DNA of 63,593 nucleotides, filler included, from Octopus bimaculoides (lineage: Eukaryota): NCBI RefSeq assembly GCF_001194135.2. It is 6 parts of 6 records of this genome, joined end to end, with 100 filler letters (N's around TTAATTAATTAA, not from the genome) between each part and the next. Parts side by side here need not be neighbours in the genome. Positions count along the whole stretch, not along the records: positions 9,469 to 24,535 come from NC_068988.1; positions 24,636 to 54,202 come from NC_068994.1; 4 more parts are not named here. One strand, 5' to 3'. The notes under the pieces are model-generated. The model had not been told where the DNA came from. It did not search any database and saw nothing but the letters and a program-made list of their open reading frames with translations. Below, piece after piece: positions 16,741 through 29,954 of the stretch. The translations under genes and the position numbers were made by a program. Positions within the stretch are counted from its first letter, which is position 1, and every line of letters starts with the position of its first letter.

Positions 16741-17089
16741 ATGTAATTCATACAAAGTCTTATGACAGTGGAACTGTGAGGCCGCCAATCACCAAAATGC
16801 TCCAATTCATAAAATCATCCCACCGAGGGCTGCATGAAAGAAATAATTATCATCTTTTCAAAAGATAACACTATGAAATGCCAACAAACTACAATCGTGT
16901 CCATTAGCTGATTTCGATTTCTAATTGTAGGTAATTCAGTTCCATTACACCAATAATACTTTAGAAAATCACGTAACAATGACTGGCAATATTTCCTCCT
17001 CTATATACTACCCTCTTCTATATTATGTATATATAACTATGTATAATAGACTAAATTGTCCTTCCTTCTATATGGTAGACCATTATCTA

Positions 17090-17580
17090 TTATCTTTTAC
17101 GTGTATCAGTCACTAGATTACAATCATGCTGCATACCACCTTGAAGTTCTCTGTCGATAAAATCGACCGGACCATTTAATTTAAAGCCTGGTATTTATTC
17201 TATAGGTCGGTTTGTCAGACTGCTAATTTAATGGTACGTAAACAAACCAACACCGTTTGTGAAGCAGCGTTGAGGAGAAACATAACAAAAACATCAGAAC
17301 ACACACACATATAAATAAATGTTTTCATACTTGAGGAATCTTCATTTACTAACGCGCTTATTATATTATATTATGTTTCAGCAAGTATCTGCTGGTAAAG
17401 TAGAGATGAAACCATTTTAGTATTATGCAATAAAGCGTTTTTGTTTTATCCAATCTCTGTTGTTTGAACTTGTATTCCTTCAGTTCCTGTATACAAGATC
17501 CGCTCACAATTATTTGATAGGCCCTCGGCTATAGTAAAAGACACTTGCCCAGGTTTCCATACAGTGAGACTGAACTGAGT
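17090..17580 (-). mobile_element. Degenerate SINE family 1 copy
   Basis: 3' part at 17090-17310 and head part at 17475-17580 (ggccctcggctatagtaaaagacacttgccc) match 29461-29954. Confidence 0.6.
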
Positions 17581-19186
17581 TTTTTACCATGCGATCATGT
17601 CTACACTGTTGATGTTATTTTATCTCTATATAGTCTCAGACGACGTTTTAGGATGCATAATAGATTTATTTCATGGTAAACAATAAAGTAATATTGTTCT
17701 TTGTTGTTTCATTCGTTATTGGCGGTTACAAAAAGGTAGAGGACAACAGTGTTTTCAAAAGCTTTCTCTTAATGATACTAAGTGAAAGAACGACTAGTTG
17801 TGCTTGGGCCGTTTATTTGAAGTTAGTGAATTAATAAAGGTGACTTGTAGTTAGTGGCTTGTCGTCTTAGAAACAGTTGTGAAGTCTACTTGAAATCACA
17901 TTGATTGTCGTCGTGAGAAAAAAAAAACGAAGGATTCAATGAAGATCATAGCCTTAAATAAGACTATAGCTGACTAGAGGATGCTATGGTCGGGAGTGAA
18001 ATAACTAGAACTATTTAAATATGAATGCCCAGGGTTAGATAAGAACTACAGCAGCAACAACGACACGAAGTCAGCAGAATGTACTAAGTAACGTGTGGCG
18101 GTAAATACAGAAGCGAAATACTATTGTATGAAAACTGGCGTCTCCAATGACGACATTGCTGGAAGAAATCGATAATTTCAACAGTTAGTTATTGAAGACG
18201 AATATACATAGAATAATAAAGAAGCAATAAAACTGCGAAAAAGTGATATAATGACACTAGAATAACAAACAGAAAATGACAATAATACAATAAAATTAGC
18301 AACAAGAATAGTACAACGATGAATAATCGAGTTCCTAGAAATTAAAATGTACCTTGAGGAAGCTTCTATATAGTCGTTCGAACTGCTAGGAAGAAAAGCC
18401 TGATGTTGCTCAAATGACAGGTTACTGAATGAATTAAACTGATGTGATAAAGCATTGTAATCTTAGAGTTACAAGAATATAGGAGGGTCACTACTGGAAA
18501 GTCCGAAATTATACCTCTGACCAACCAGTGAAATTAACAGCAACGACAATTGTGTTGATGTTATGAAGAAGAAACTAGCATTAAGATTGCCTATAACAGT
18601 TGCGACATTTAAATGTTTTCACGAACAACGAGTAACTCAAAATCTTGGCTTTAATGTACAGTTACGGCGAAATTATTTTCAAGATTTGGTAAGCATTGAC
18701 TCACGATTGACAATTCAATATTCTCTATAATTAAATTGAAATATAATTTCGCCTTTCTGTGAACGATTTTATCTTCATTTCCTTCTTTCAAGTGAAGTCT
18801 TTTCAATTTATATAACGATATCCGTTTCTCCTGTAGTACTTATCCAACAATAACACCAATGATATTACTGTCAGCAGCATTCACTCAGATATAAAAATAA
18901 ATAAAAAATTCTATCATAAACTTACGATCAGTTTTATAAGGGATATACCATTCCGATAAATGAACATTCAATCAACCTCACAAAGAAAATCAAACAGAAA
19001 ATTAAGCAAGTAGCTACAGAAAAAAAAAAAAAAACAGAAATGGCATTTCATTACGTTTACAGAAATCCAAATGATCTCGGAAAGATATATTAGAGAGAGG
19101 TATATTATTTTTCCGATGTATATTAGTGGAGGAAATGAAGTATGTTCTTTATCTACAGAAGTGAAATCTGCAATATCACTTGCAGT

Positions 19187-19273
19187 ACCCTACATTCAGC
19201 ATTTGTAGACACAATACCCTACATTCAGCATTGGTAGACACAATATTCTAAATTCAGCATTGGTAGACACAAT
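19187..19273. repeat. 29-bp tandem repeat x3 (ACCCTACATTCAGCATTKGTAGACACAAT)
   Basis: Visible; third unit diverged. Confidence 0.85.
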
Positions 19274-19584
19274 AGAGCAATATACTAAAATAAAGTAAAA
19301 AAAAAAATGTACTGAAGAGATAAAATTATTGACCGAAAAGAAATAAAAAAAAACAGCTTCATATTTCTTGATCGCAAAATGAAGAAATATTTTCTTCGGT
19401 TTATATGATGATTGATGTTAGCAATGCATATTCAGCATATTCACCCACCTTAAATTTGGCAACTCTGGCTGATCTCTTCTAAAAATTATCTAAGACTCAG
19501 GCGAGAATTATCTCAGATACACATATGCATGCAATAAACAAGTATATGCAATATTCATGTATGCCTAAATACCTAGTTATATGC

Positions 19585-19622
<38 letters not shown>

Positions 19623-20370
19623 ATATCTATCTATCTATATTTATATATACTTAAACGCTCACATATAATATATTCATATGTATATATGTAATGCGCGTGC
19701 GCACGTGCGGTGTAGTTATATGTATAGGTATATGTAGTTGAATTTGCAGGAGAGTTCCGAAGTGTGAACTTCTATATTATGCAAGAAATAAAAATACATA
19801 ATCAGTAGGATACATTACAATAGTTGCACGTTTCTATAAGGAAATTTATACCAGAGAAATAAATCTATCGGAAAAGAGAATAAATAATATCAACAACAAA
19901 ACCACTTGTATTATTAAGATGGTAGGAAAGTGGATGGCTAGATAACACAATATCGTCATTAAAATATATGCTACTTGTGTGTGGGAATTCTATACTGGTA
20001 TTGTTTCGTTTGCCATTGATCTTATTGGATTACATACAGTATCATAAAATGTTCAGATTCTAATCGAATCAGTCAGACAAAGATATGCATAATATACATA
20101 TTTGATACAATTTGCAGACAGATAGTTTCGCTACAGTTTGCATTGTTAAAATCTATATTATTATGACATCCATTTTATGTTACAGTAAACGGGTCAGTCT
20201 GCGTTGATCATGTTGTTCCAGTACATTTCTAGGGCCAGATGAAAATGGGTGATGTTAGAATTGGTAGACTGGAACTGATTTTCTGAAAAGCAAATATTTA
20301 TGTAATACCATGTCTAGTCATTTGGATTAGAATGTTTAACCTTACACACATTTCATATATTCCATATATG

Positions 20371-21003
20371 TACGGGTTCGTTGGCTGAAGAGTTCATAGG
20401 CTGACAAAGATACTCTCATGCAATGCAATCAAATGGGTTTTATTTTTCAACATAGACCCTCTTGCGGTCCACACAGTTCTTCTTGATACAATGTTTCATC
20501 CTGTTGGTCAAAAAGCTCATCAAAAGCAGATATGACGCCATTACCACTGCAATATTGGTTACCAATCAAATGATTTTTCAAGTTGGGAAGACAGAGAGGG
20601 ACAAACCAGAAGAAAAGAGAGGGTCACCCACCATTTCAAAGGCACCGTAGGGCAGGTATTTAATCCAAGGAGTTGTTTGCTGGAGCACTGTCCCGATGAA
20701 ACAAGACACCTTACATCAGTTTTCCTGAACGTTTGTAGTTGATAGCCTTTTCATAACTGCCTCAGGAAGTTGGCATAGTACTCTCCACTGAAAGTGTGGC
20801 CTTTTGAAGATAGTCAATATTCACAGTGCCTTTTGCATCCACAAAAACTGAGGCAATCACCTTACCTGCAGATGAAATGAACTTGGCCTTCTTGGGAGAA
20901 GATTAAGAGGAATCTTCATTTGTATGGATTGTCTCTTTGCTTCTGGCTCAATGTGATAAACTCATCAAGCATTCTGCGTGAGGAAACATTCAAGGAAACC
21001 AGC
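20371..21003 (-). mobile_element. Mariner element, 3' half with a probable terminal inverted repeat at the left end
   Basis: SPKKAKFISSAGKVIASVFVDAKGTVNIDYLQK ... GVLFHRDSAPA motifs; TA followed by cgggttcgttggctgaagagttcataggctgac resembles a mariner TIR. Confidence 0.8.
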
Positions 21004-21125
21004 TAGATCTTAATCCACATACATACATACATACATACATACATACATACATACGTACATACATACAAACATACATACATACATACATACAAACAAACAT
21101 GCGCATATATATGTGTATGTATATA

Positions 21126-21490
21126 TGGTACGTAGATTTCTTACCGGCCACATAGTTTCGGGTTCAGTCCCACTGTGTGTTACGTTCGGCAGGTGTCTGA
21201 TACTATAGTCTTGGGCCGACCAACGCCTTGTGAGTGGATTTGGTAGACGGAAAGAAGCCCGTCGTATGTACCTATGTGTGTGTGTGTGTGTGTATGCATG
21301 TTCATGAGTCTGTGTTTGTCCCCCCATTATCGCTTGACAACCGATGTTGGCATGTCTACGTCCAAGTAATCTAGTGGTTCGGGAAAAGATACCGATAGAA
21401 TAATTACTAATTACTGGGTTCGAGTTTTTCGACTAAATGTTGTGCTCTAGCATGGCCGCAGTCAAATGACTGCAACAAATAATAAGAATA
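21126..21490 (+). mobile_element. SINE family 1 (tRNA-like head, internal TG microsatellite, A-rich tail)
   Basis: B-box-like GGTTCAGTCCC at 21161-21171; similar to copies at 23752, 29461 and 39096. Confidence 0.85.
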
Positions 21491-22107
21491 NNNNNNNNNN
21501 NNNNNNNNNNNNNNNNNNNNNNNNNNNNNNNNNNNNNNNNNNNNNNNNNNNNNNNNNNNNNNNNNNNNNNNNNNNNNNNNNNNNNNNNNNNNNNNNNNNN
21601 NNNNNNNNNNNNNNNNNNNNNNNNNNNNNNNNNNNNNNNNNNNNNNNNNNNNNNNNNNNNNNNNNNNNNNNNNNNNNNNNNNNNNNNNNNNNNNNNNNNN
21701 NNNNNNNNNNNNNNNNNNNNNNNNNNNNNNNNNNNNNNNNNNNNNNNNNNNNNNNNNNNNNNNNNNNNNNNNNNNNNNNNNNNNNNNNNNNNNNNNNNNN
21801 NNNNNNNNNNNNNNNNNNNNNNNNNNNNNNNNNNNNNNNNNNNNNATGCATATATTCGTATGCCTACTCACGCGTATATTCATGTCTGGAATGCAGTGTG
21901 TGTATATATATATAAGTCTGGAATTTTTGAAATTCCGGGATATTTTACATATTTTCACAGGGCATTTAGTGAATTATAGCTACGATATATGTAAGCGTAC
22001 AAGAATGCATGCTCGTGTGCTTATATGCATACATGCATGAATGTATATATGTCATTGTGTATGTATGCATGCATGCATGTATGTATGTATGTATGTATGT
22101 ATGTATG

Positions 22108-22140
<33 letters not shown>

Positions 22141-22865
22141 GTCTGTCTATTTATGTATGTATTTACGTACGATTCTATGCATGTACAGAGAGTGATCTTT
22201 TTCTTTCCAAGAAATAGAGTTATGCTATAATTATAAATGGAAAGTAATGTATTTCACGCAAAAATTCTCATTGCAAAAATGGTAAAATATCCAAGAAAAA
22301 TCGGCAGAATATAAGCTTAACGCTTTATAATGAAGAGGTGCAAACTTGTGTTTATCATAATTTATCGTACATTTGTTCTGTATATAACAACTAATAATGA
22401 AATTAGCAAAGTGGTAACGGTACTACTATATTGGAACCAAACTGGATGATGATACTCTATGTGAAGCTCTAATCGCAACAGAGGCAGTAGTATAGCCAAC
22501 TCTATACACATCACATACTATATATGTACATAAGTGTATAAGTGTGAGTCTGTGTATAGTGCATATATGATAAATATCCTCATACAATGCTATGTAAATC
22601 ACTAGGTCATTAACATAGGCATGTAAATTAACATCAGTCTCCCACGTAAACAAATCGCTAGAATGTATTATGGGACTTCTCACGGCAGGTGCGATGATGG
22701 AAATAAATATCTGATTTAGATATTCATAGAAGTCAAATGTCAGAAGTACGATGCGTATTGGTAATGGAATTAATCAGCAATATATGTTTGAAATTATATT
22801 AATATTACTTGAAACAACACAAACAGCTAGAAAAACAAGAAAAGATAAAAGTGTACATAGTACAC

Positions 22866-22943
<78 letters not shown>
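22866..22943. repeat. (GAT)n microsatellite
   Basis: Visible. Confidence 0.95.
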
Positions 22944-23751
22944 NNNNNNNNNNNNNNNNNNNNNNNNNNNNNNNNNNNNNNNNNNNNNNNNNNNNNNNNN
23001 NNNNNNNNNNNNNNNNNNNNNNNNNNNNNNNNNNNNNNNNNNNNNNNNNNNNNNNNNNNNNNNNNNNNNNNNNNNNNNNNNNNNNNNNNNNNNNNNNNNN
23101 NNNNNNNNNNNNNNNNNNNNNNNNNNNNNNNNNNNNNNNNNNNNNNNNNNNNNNNNNNNNNNNNNNNNNNNNNNNNNNNNNNNNNNNNNNNNNNNNNNNN
23201 NNNNNNNNNNNNNNNNNNNNNNNNNNNNNNNNNNNNNNNNNNNNNNNNNNNNNNNNNNNNNNNNNNNNNNNNNNNNNNNNNNNNNNNNNNNNNNNNNNNN
23301 NNNNNNNNNNNNNNNNNNNNNNNNNNNNNNNNNNNNNNNNNNNNNNNNNNNNNNNNNNNNNNNNNNNNNNNNNNNNNNNNNNNNNNNNNNNNNNNNNNNN
23401 NNNNNNNNNNNNNNNNNNNNNNNNNNNNNNNNNNNNNNNNNNNNNNNNNNNNNNNNNNNNNNNNNNNNNNNNNNNNNNNNNNNNNNNNNNNNNNNNNNNN
23501 NNNNNNNNNNNNNNNNNNNNNNNNNNNNNNNNNNNNNNNNNNNNNNNNNNNNNNNNNNNNNNNNNNNNNNNNNNNNNNNNNNNNNNNNNNNNNNNNNNNN
23601 NNNNNNNNNNNNNNNNNNNNNNNNNNNNNNNNNNNNNNNNNNNNNNNNNNNNNNNNNNNNNNNNNNNNNNNNNNNNNNNNNNNNNNNNNNNNNNNNNNNN
23701 NNNNNNNNNNNNNNNNNNNNNNNNNNNNNNNNNNNNNNNNNNNNNNNNNNN

Positions 23752-23819
<68 letters not shown>

Positions 23820-24027
23820 TGTGTTTGTCCCCCCAACATCGCTTGACAACCGATGCTGGTGTGTTTACGTCCCCGTAACTTAGCTGTTCGGCAAAAGAGA
23901 CCGCTAGAATAAGTACTAGGCTTACAAAAAATAAGTCCTGGGGTCGATTTGCTCGACTAAAGGCGGTGCTCCAGCATGGCCGCAGTCAAATTACTGAAAC
24001 CAGTTAAAGAGTAAAAGAGTAAAGAGT
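23752..24027 (+). mobile_element. SINE family 1, internal microsatellite plus 3' half (head lost in the gap)
   Basis: gtgtttgtccccccaacatcgcttgacaaccg ... ccagcatggccgcagtcaaa and AAGAGTA-repeat tail. Confidence 0.85.
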
Positions 24028-24579
24028 ATGCAATTGCAATTTGCAACTGGTCGTCGGCTGATTAAAGATGATGCGAATATTTCCAACTCAACTTATATTC
24101 GTTAAAATTTGCATGTTCATTACAAACTGCAGACCAATTTTCACAATTTATAAAATATTTCAATAATTTAGTATGTACTATTTTCTAAGTTTATCTGCTT
24201 TTCATTTATATATTTATTTCTTTATTGCTGATTAAGGCTTTATAATTCATATTTTTAATCCCATATAAACCTCGTTTCCTATTACATTAAACCTTTAAAT
24301 TTTGTTCGAAGTAGTCTCGACATATCTCTAAAATCACATACAGTTAATGAATTTTTATTGACATCATAAAAAAAGTGATTAACAAATACAACTTTTGTGT
24401 ATGTAAATGCAAATACACACACAACACAGACACACGCACACACATATTACATTATATTATTTATTTTATAAATACACGTTCGTATATATACGTGCATATA
24501 TACATACACATACATACGTGCAAACGTACGTATATNNNNNNNNNNNNNNNNNNNNNNNNNNNNNNNNNNNNNNNNNNNN

Positions 24580-24591
24580 TTAATTAATTAA
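24580..24591. other. Assembly gap spacer TTAATTAATTAA
   Basis: 44 N on each side. Confidence 0.9.
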
Positions 24592-24635
24592 NNNNNNNNN
24601 NNNNNNNNNNNNNNNNNNNNNNNNNNNNNNNNNNN

Positions 24636-24677
<42 letters not shown>

Positions 24678-25475
24678 ATATACTTATATACACAGGCATA
24701 TATTCATATAGATATCCACACTTACATTGTATATGCGAGTATATGGTAAAATATGCAACAAAAGATCAACCTGGTTAGTTCTAGAGTATCTTCTCTCTTT
24801 CATCAGAACTCAATGGCTCATTTTACAGAATACGTGTATAATGACAATATATATTGGCTGTTCCATCGATCGGATAAGCTTGAGCCCTTGTCGTCCGAAC
24901 TCTCCGATTGCTACTTAGCACTATAATATTCGAACTTCAATCCCGTCACGTGTAAAAGTTGCACAAGTGTAGAAGTTGACAGACGTTTTATTCCTTTGCA
25001 CTATTTTGGATTGAAAAAATGATGTGCAACCTAAGTGGATTTTCTACCTGTCTTTGCGGTTTCATCGGGGATGTTTACATCACTTGACCCAATGAAACAA
25101 GTATCCAATCCGTTTATATGCTCTGTAAATCTAGAAGTTTTATTTGTCGCTTAAAGACGGAGTATTTGGCAGTAACAGTGAGTGATATTTTCGTTCGAAA
25201 AATACCGAAATATTTTGATCGAATGATGTTTCTTAAATCAGCACCCGAGAACTTCTTGTATTTTTCATTCATAATTTTCATGGGACAAGATATATCCTGA
25301 TGAATATATGCTTTATCGTGATATTTCCCTGTTGCATGTAACTTGTTCAGTTTGAAACGACTGAGATTACCTGTGTCAAAATGTTTAAAATAAAAAAAAA
25401 CTATTGAAGTACACCATCAAAAAATGAAATGCATGTCCCTGTATTATTCTATATTGATATGTCTTAATGTTTTTT

Positions 25476-26151
25476 CGGATCTATTTTAAAACGGGGGCCA
25501 CAGTATTTTCTTAACGAAACACTTTGAAACTTGGAACACTGGTAGAATGTGTCATATAAAACATCTTTTTCTCTTAGTCTTCTTTAAAAAAATAGAAATC
25601 CCTAAGTTATTTCATGTTAAAGTTGTCGTATTTCTGTAATTTCAACCAATCACTGACGTCCATTCAGCCGATATACATTAAGTGCCGACTACATAAACAA
25701 TCGATTCTGAAACAATTCTATCAGTGATAAAATTATTATTTCTTTGTCAATAAATGGCTGAAGCATATTGGCAGTAGCTAATAAACCTTACTATTATAGG
25801 CTAACCCTAACCCTAACCCTAACCCTAGGGTTAGGGTTAGGGTTAGGGTTAGGGTAAAACAGAAAATTTAAAAAGAAAAAAGCAAATAAAACGAAGCTAT
25901 GGAGATTAAATACGCTTTACACCGCTTAATCAGCCAAAGGAGTAAATGTAAACAACTGAATACTTGTCAGTGATTGGTTGAAATTATCGAAATAAGACAA
26001 TTTTTTACATGAAATAAATTCGAATACAAAAATATTTTTCTGTTCTATAACACAAAATAGATAAGTATACGAAGTTTGAAAGTCTTTCGGTACCAAAAAC
26101 ACTACGTAAAACATTAATGAAAACTGTGGCCCCCGTTTTAAAATAGATCCG
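25476..26151. mobile_element. Non-autonomous foldback/MITE-like element with 29-bp perfect TIRs and a central telomeric-repeat palindrome
   Basis: CGGATCTATTTTAAAACGGGGGCCACAGT at 25476-25504 and its exact reverse complement at 26123-26151; imperfect inverted arms extend about 190 bp; T6 on both flanks. Confidence 0.85.
25801..25852. repeat. Perfect 52-bp palindrome of telomeric repeats, (CCCTAA)n then (TTAGGG)n
   Basis: CTAACCCTAACCCTAACCCTAACCCT followed immediately by its reverse complement. Confidence 0.95.
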
Positions 26152-26662
26152 TTTTTTCTTCTATTTCTTCCCCACTTCTACCTGTTGCTCTTTTACCACT
26201 TGCAGTTTTTGCTTTAGTACCTTAAGTTTGTGACTGCCTGAGTCAACGTCACTGCCAAATGTTCTGTCCATAAGACGCAAGTGAAGCTACTAGATTTAAT
26301 GTGTATATAAACGGATTGGCCGGTGAGTGAAAGCGAGAAACTTGATTGAATTTGTTGCTAACCAGAAGTGACTGGACCTAAAAGCAACTGACCCGTAACA
26401 ATTTAATGCTATGCTGAGAAAGCAATAACAAGGTCGAAACACAGTGCCAATAGCTGTTCCTTGCCACTGAAACAAATTTCAGATTATACTTTGCCTAAGC
26501 ATGTTACTTAAACTTAAATTTCTTATATTATGTCTTCTACTTATTCAGAGTTGCTGATGACTTCTACGAGATTTTTTTTCTCCGCACACTGTTCGTTAGA
26601 GTAATTTTCAAAAAATTGAATATTTATGATTTAGGGTATACACTACATACTATATCTCTCTC

Positions 26663-26817
<155 letters not shown>

Positions 26818-27006
26818 ATCAATTTAAATACACAACCCGCGAGAGTTACTAATAATTCCAGGATATTATGATGCGTGAACAGGCATATTTATAAAATACG
26901 CCATATATCTTAAAGCAATCTTTCAGGCTCTGTTTATATGTATATACGTATAAACAAACATACATATATACGTATATATGTGTAGGTGTACATGTTTGTG
27001 TGTGTG

Positions 27007-27044
<38 letters not shown>

Positions 27045-27546
27045 AAGAAAAGCAACAAAAATGTATTAGGTTATCGCAGTACGTACGTTTCGTACAAGCT
27101 TCATTTATTTATATACTGAGAACACCACATGAGATGTGCAATGAAAATGTACTCCTCAGCTGCATAATGGAAGCTCATTTCAGAAAGCCATTTTGTAAAT
27201 GTGTGTAAATACATGGGTAGGAGATGAAGAGAATAACATCTTGACTGGGCTATTAATCAACAGTCTAGTGAACCAAACAGGAATTTAATTTCTATATATT
27301 CTATTTGTTCTTCTTTCTAGGAGGGATAAGATAGCATTAATTTCAATTTAGAGGAAGGTAGTTTAGGTAGTAGTAAGGGAAGGCAGGTTGGGGGTAAATC
27401 AAGAAAGAGAAAAAAGAGAGAAGAAGAAAGGAAAAGAAAAGAAAAAAAGAAAGAAAAATATATAAANNNNNNNNNNNNNNNNNNNNNNNNNNNNNNNNNN
27501 NNNNNNNNNNNNNNNNNNNNNNNNNNNNNNNNNNNNNNNNNNNNNN

Positions 27547-27586
<40 letters not shown>

Positions 27587-27607
27587 CATGTATGTATGTA
27601 TGTATGT

Positions 27608-27730
27608 ACTACAAAGTGTATTCTATACAGAGAATACTTGTCTCTATTCTATGTGTGTGTATGTGTGTGTGTGTGTAGTTGAAATTTATAGAAAAAGAAA
27701 AGACAAAGACAGGTGTACTATAAGCGCATA

Positions 27731-27781
<51 letters not shown>

Positions 27782-27901
27782 ATACGCTTGTTGTTCATAC
27801 ACTAGTCTTCGTCTTTTGTTTTTCTATAAGTTTCAACTACACACAGACACACACATATAGATTAGAGGCAGGTATTTTCTGTATAGAATATACTTTGTAG
27901 T
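27608..27901. repeat. Inverted repeat with about 118-bp arms (27608-27726 / 27785-27901) around a (TA)n spacer
   Basis: actacaaagtgtattctatacagagaatac... versus the reverse complement of ...gtattttctgtatagaatatactttgtagt. Confidence 0.85.
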
Positions 27902-28019
27902 GCTCAAGATATTTGAACTCGTGCAGGTAGAGGAGTAAATGTAAGGACAAGCAAGTAATATATAAAAGTCGATATATAAAAAATATTAAATATATTTTAA
28001 TACAAAAAAAATATGTACA

Positions 28020-29390
28020 TATGTATTCATATATTAAAAGTTCGATTTACACAGAATGGAAATGTTATCAAGAATTAAAGGAGTTTTACGAATCTAACAG
28101 CTGTTTCTGGGGTCTTGGTGATAATAGTAGATGTAGAAGGTAGGAGGAAGTGTGGTTTAGGTAGTATGTGAAAGATGACATTTGTGTTAGTTTATATGAT
28201 GACTATAGAGTTAAAGATTGAGATTGAGAGACGGGTATGGCTATTATTTAAGGGAAGAGTTGATTGGTTCAGTGGCTGAGTGGGGTGAGAAGGTGGTCAA
28301 ATGTAGTTGTTAGTGGGACAAAGGAATTGAGTTGGTATTGGAGGAGTGGGGTGGGGTATTATGGTCAATAGAGGAGTACGGAATTGAATAAAAGGTGTGA
28401 GTAGGGTGGAGGTAGATTACTTAGTTTTCAAAGGTGTGAGGTATTGTTAAGTATTTTTTGAGTGGGGAGGGTGAGGAGGTTAAGCAGGAAGTGTGAAATA
28501 GCTGATTTGAAGAATTTAGGAAAGATTGGAGATGTGTGCATCAGAGAGAGTAGGAGGGGAGTTAGGATTTTTAAGTAGTAGGTTGGAAGGCTGACTGTGT
28601 CTTGGTTTAATGTTTTTGAGGCATGGAAACATTTGATGGGATTATATGGATTTAGCGAACTGCGTGAAAGATGAGTAGTACCCGTGTTTACAAGAATAAA
28701 TAACATCAGAAAATTTATTAAGTAATAAGGAGTTACGAAGGGGAAGAATGGTTAATGATTCTTTTAGACATAACTTACACTTGCTGAAGTTTGCATTGTA
28801 TGGGGGAGCTTCGCTTACTATGGACTAGGATAAGGTGTATGGAATATTTTGGGATTTGAGATTGTGTATATAAATTGCTGAGGTTGACAATTTAGTACTT
28901 GATTTGGTGAGAGGGTTCATGTGTGCACGGTAGCAGCCGATATATACCCTTGCTTCGTAGGAGCGTGGTGTTATAACTTGTAGATTACATTTTTACGTAG
29001 ACAGGAGCCTCTAAGAGAGCATAATTATGATACACGACAATTACAAGTTTTTGTACCTGCTCCGTGGTTAGAATTTACTGCTAGTGAGGTTGAGCTCGGT
29101 CAGGTTCATTGTTTGTGGGGGACAACCAGGAGTGTGATGTGTATTTGTATTGGATTGGGATGTAGTATTGTAATTAGTATTTGTTGTCGCGTAGGTAAGA
29201 TTGTGGAATGATAGCTTGAGTCTAGCATTATTTAATGGTGGTGGGTGTATTAAGGGTTGTGTTATTGCTACTATGAGGGCTAACTTGGGGTGTAGTGTAA
29301 GAGATTAGGTATTCAGAGGACTGGTGTTGGAACTTGCGTTTGTTCGAAGAGGCGATTATGGATCCTAAATTAGATGTGGTGGAGTAGATT
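28020..29390 (-). mobile_element. Degenerate Penelope-like element (GIY-YIG endonuclease end plus 3' region)
   Basis: Across frameshifts and stops: SLRGSCLRKNVIYK, YIHNLKSQNIPYTLS, EAPPYNANFSKCKLCLKESLTIL, LLNK, matching the other PLE relic at 49195-49805. Confidence 0.7.
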
Positions 29391-29460
29391 TACATAGATA
29401 TATTATACATAGATACATACACACATACACACATACTCACACACTCACACATATATATAT

Positions 29461-29655
29461 ATTCTCTTTTACTCTTTTACTCTTTTACTTGTTTCAGTCA
29501 TCTGACTGTGGCCATGCTGGAGCACCGCCTTTAGTCGAGAAAATCGACCCAGGATTTATTCTTTGGAAGCCTAGTACTTATTCTATCGGTCTCTTTTGCC
29601 GAACCGCTAAGTTACGGGGACGTAAACACACTAGCATCGGTTGTCAAGTGATGTT

Positions 29656-29697
<42 letters not shown>

Positions 29698-29752
29698 NNN
29701 NNNNNNNNNNNNNNNNNNNNNNNNNNNNNNNNNNNNNNNNNNNNNNNNNNNN

Positions 29753-29786
<34 letters not shown>

Positions 29787-29954
29787 TTGTACGACGTGCT
29801 TCTTTCAGTTTCTGTCTACCAAATCCACTCACAAGGCTTTGGTCAGCCCGAAGCTATAGAAGAAGACACTTGCCCAAGGTGCCACGCAGTGGGACTGAAC
29901 CTGGAACCATGTGGTTCGTAAGCAAGCTACTTACCACACGACCACTCCTACGCC
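29461..29954 (-). mobile_element. SINE family 1, near full length (gap inside its microsatellite)
   Basis: Head GGCGTAGGAGTGGTCGTGTGGTAAG...GGTTCAGTCCC (A/B-box-like), central CA/TA repeat, AAGAGTA tail. Confidence 0.9.

Noticed and set aside
18662-18688. 27-nt phase 1-1 micro-exon candidate (AG|TTACG...TTTG|GTAAGC) upstream of the gene
   Set aside because: Frame-compatible but too short to distinguish from chance without RNA data
19187-19273. CRISPR-like repeats (29-bp units; also the 39-bp pair at 54445 and 18-bp units at 47703)
   Set aside because: Units are contiguous with no unique spacers, there are no cas genes, and the context is eukaryotic
25801-25852. Telomere-telomere fusion scar
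   Set aside because: A fusion gives (TTAGGG)n then (CCCTAA)n. Here the order is reversed, the array is short and it sits inside a TIR element
29880-29954. tRNA genes at A/B-box-like sequences (also 21126, 31050-31143, 32980-33073)
   Set aside because: No convincing cloverleaf; each continues into a shared SINE body and tail
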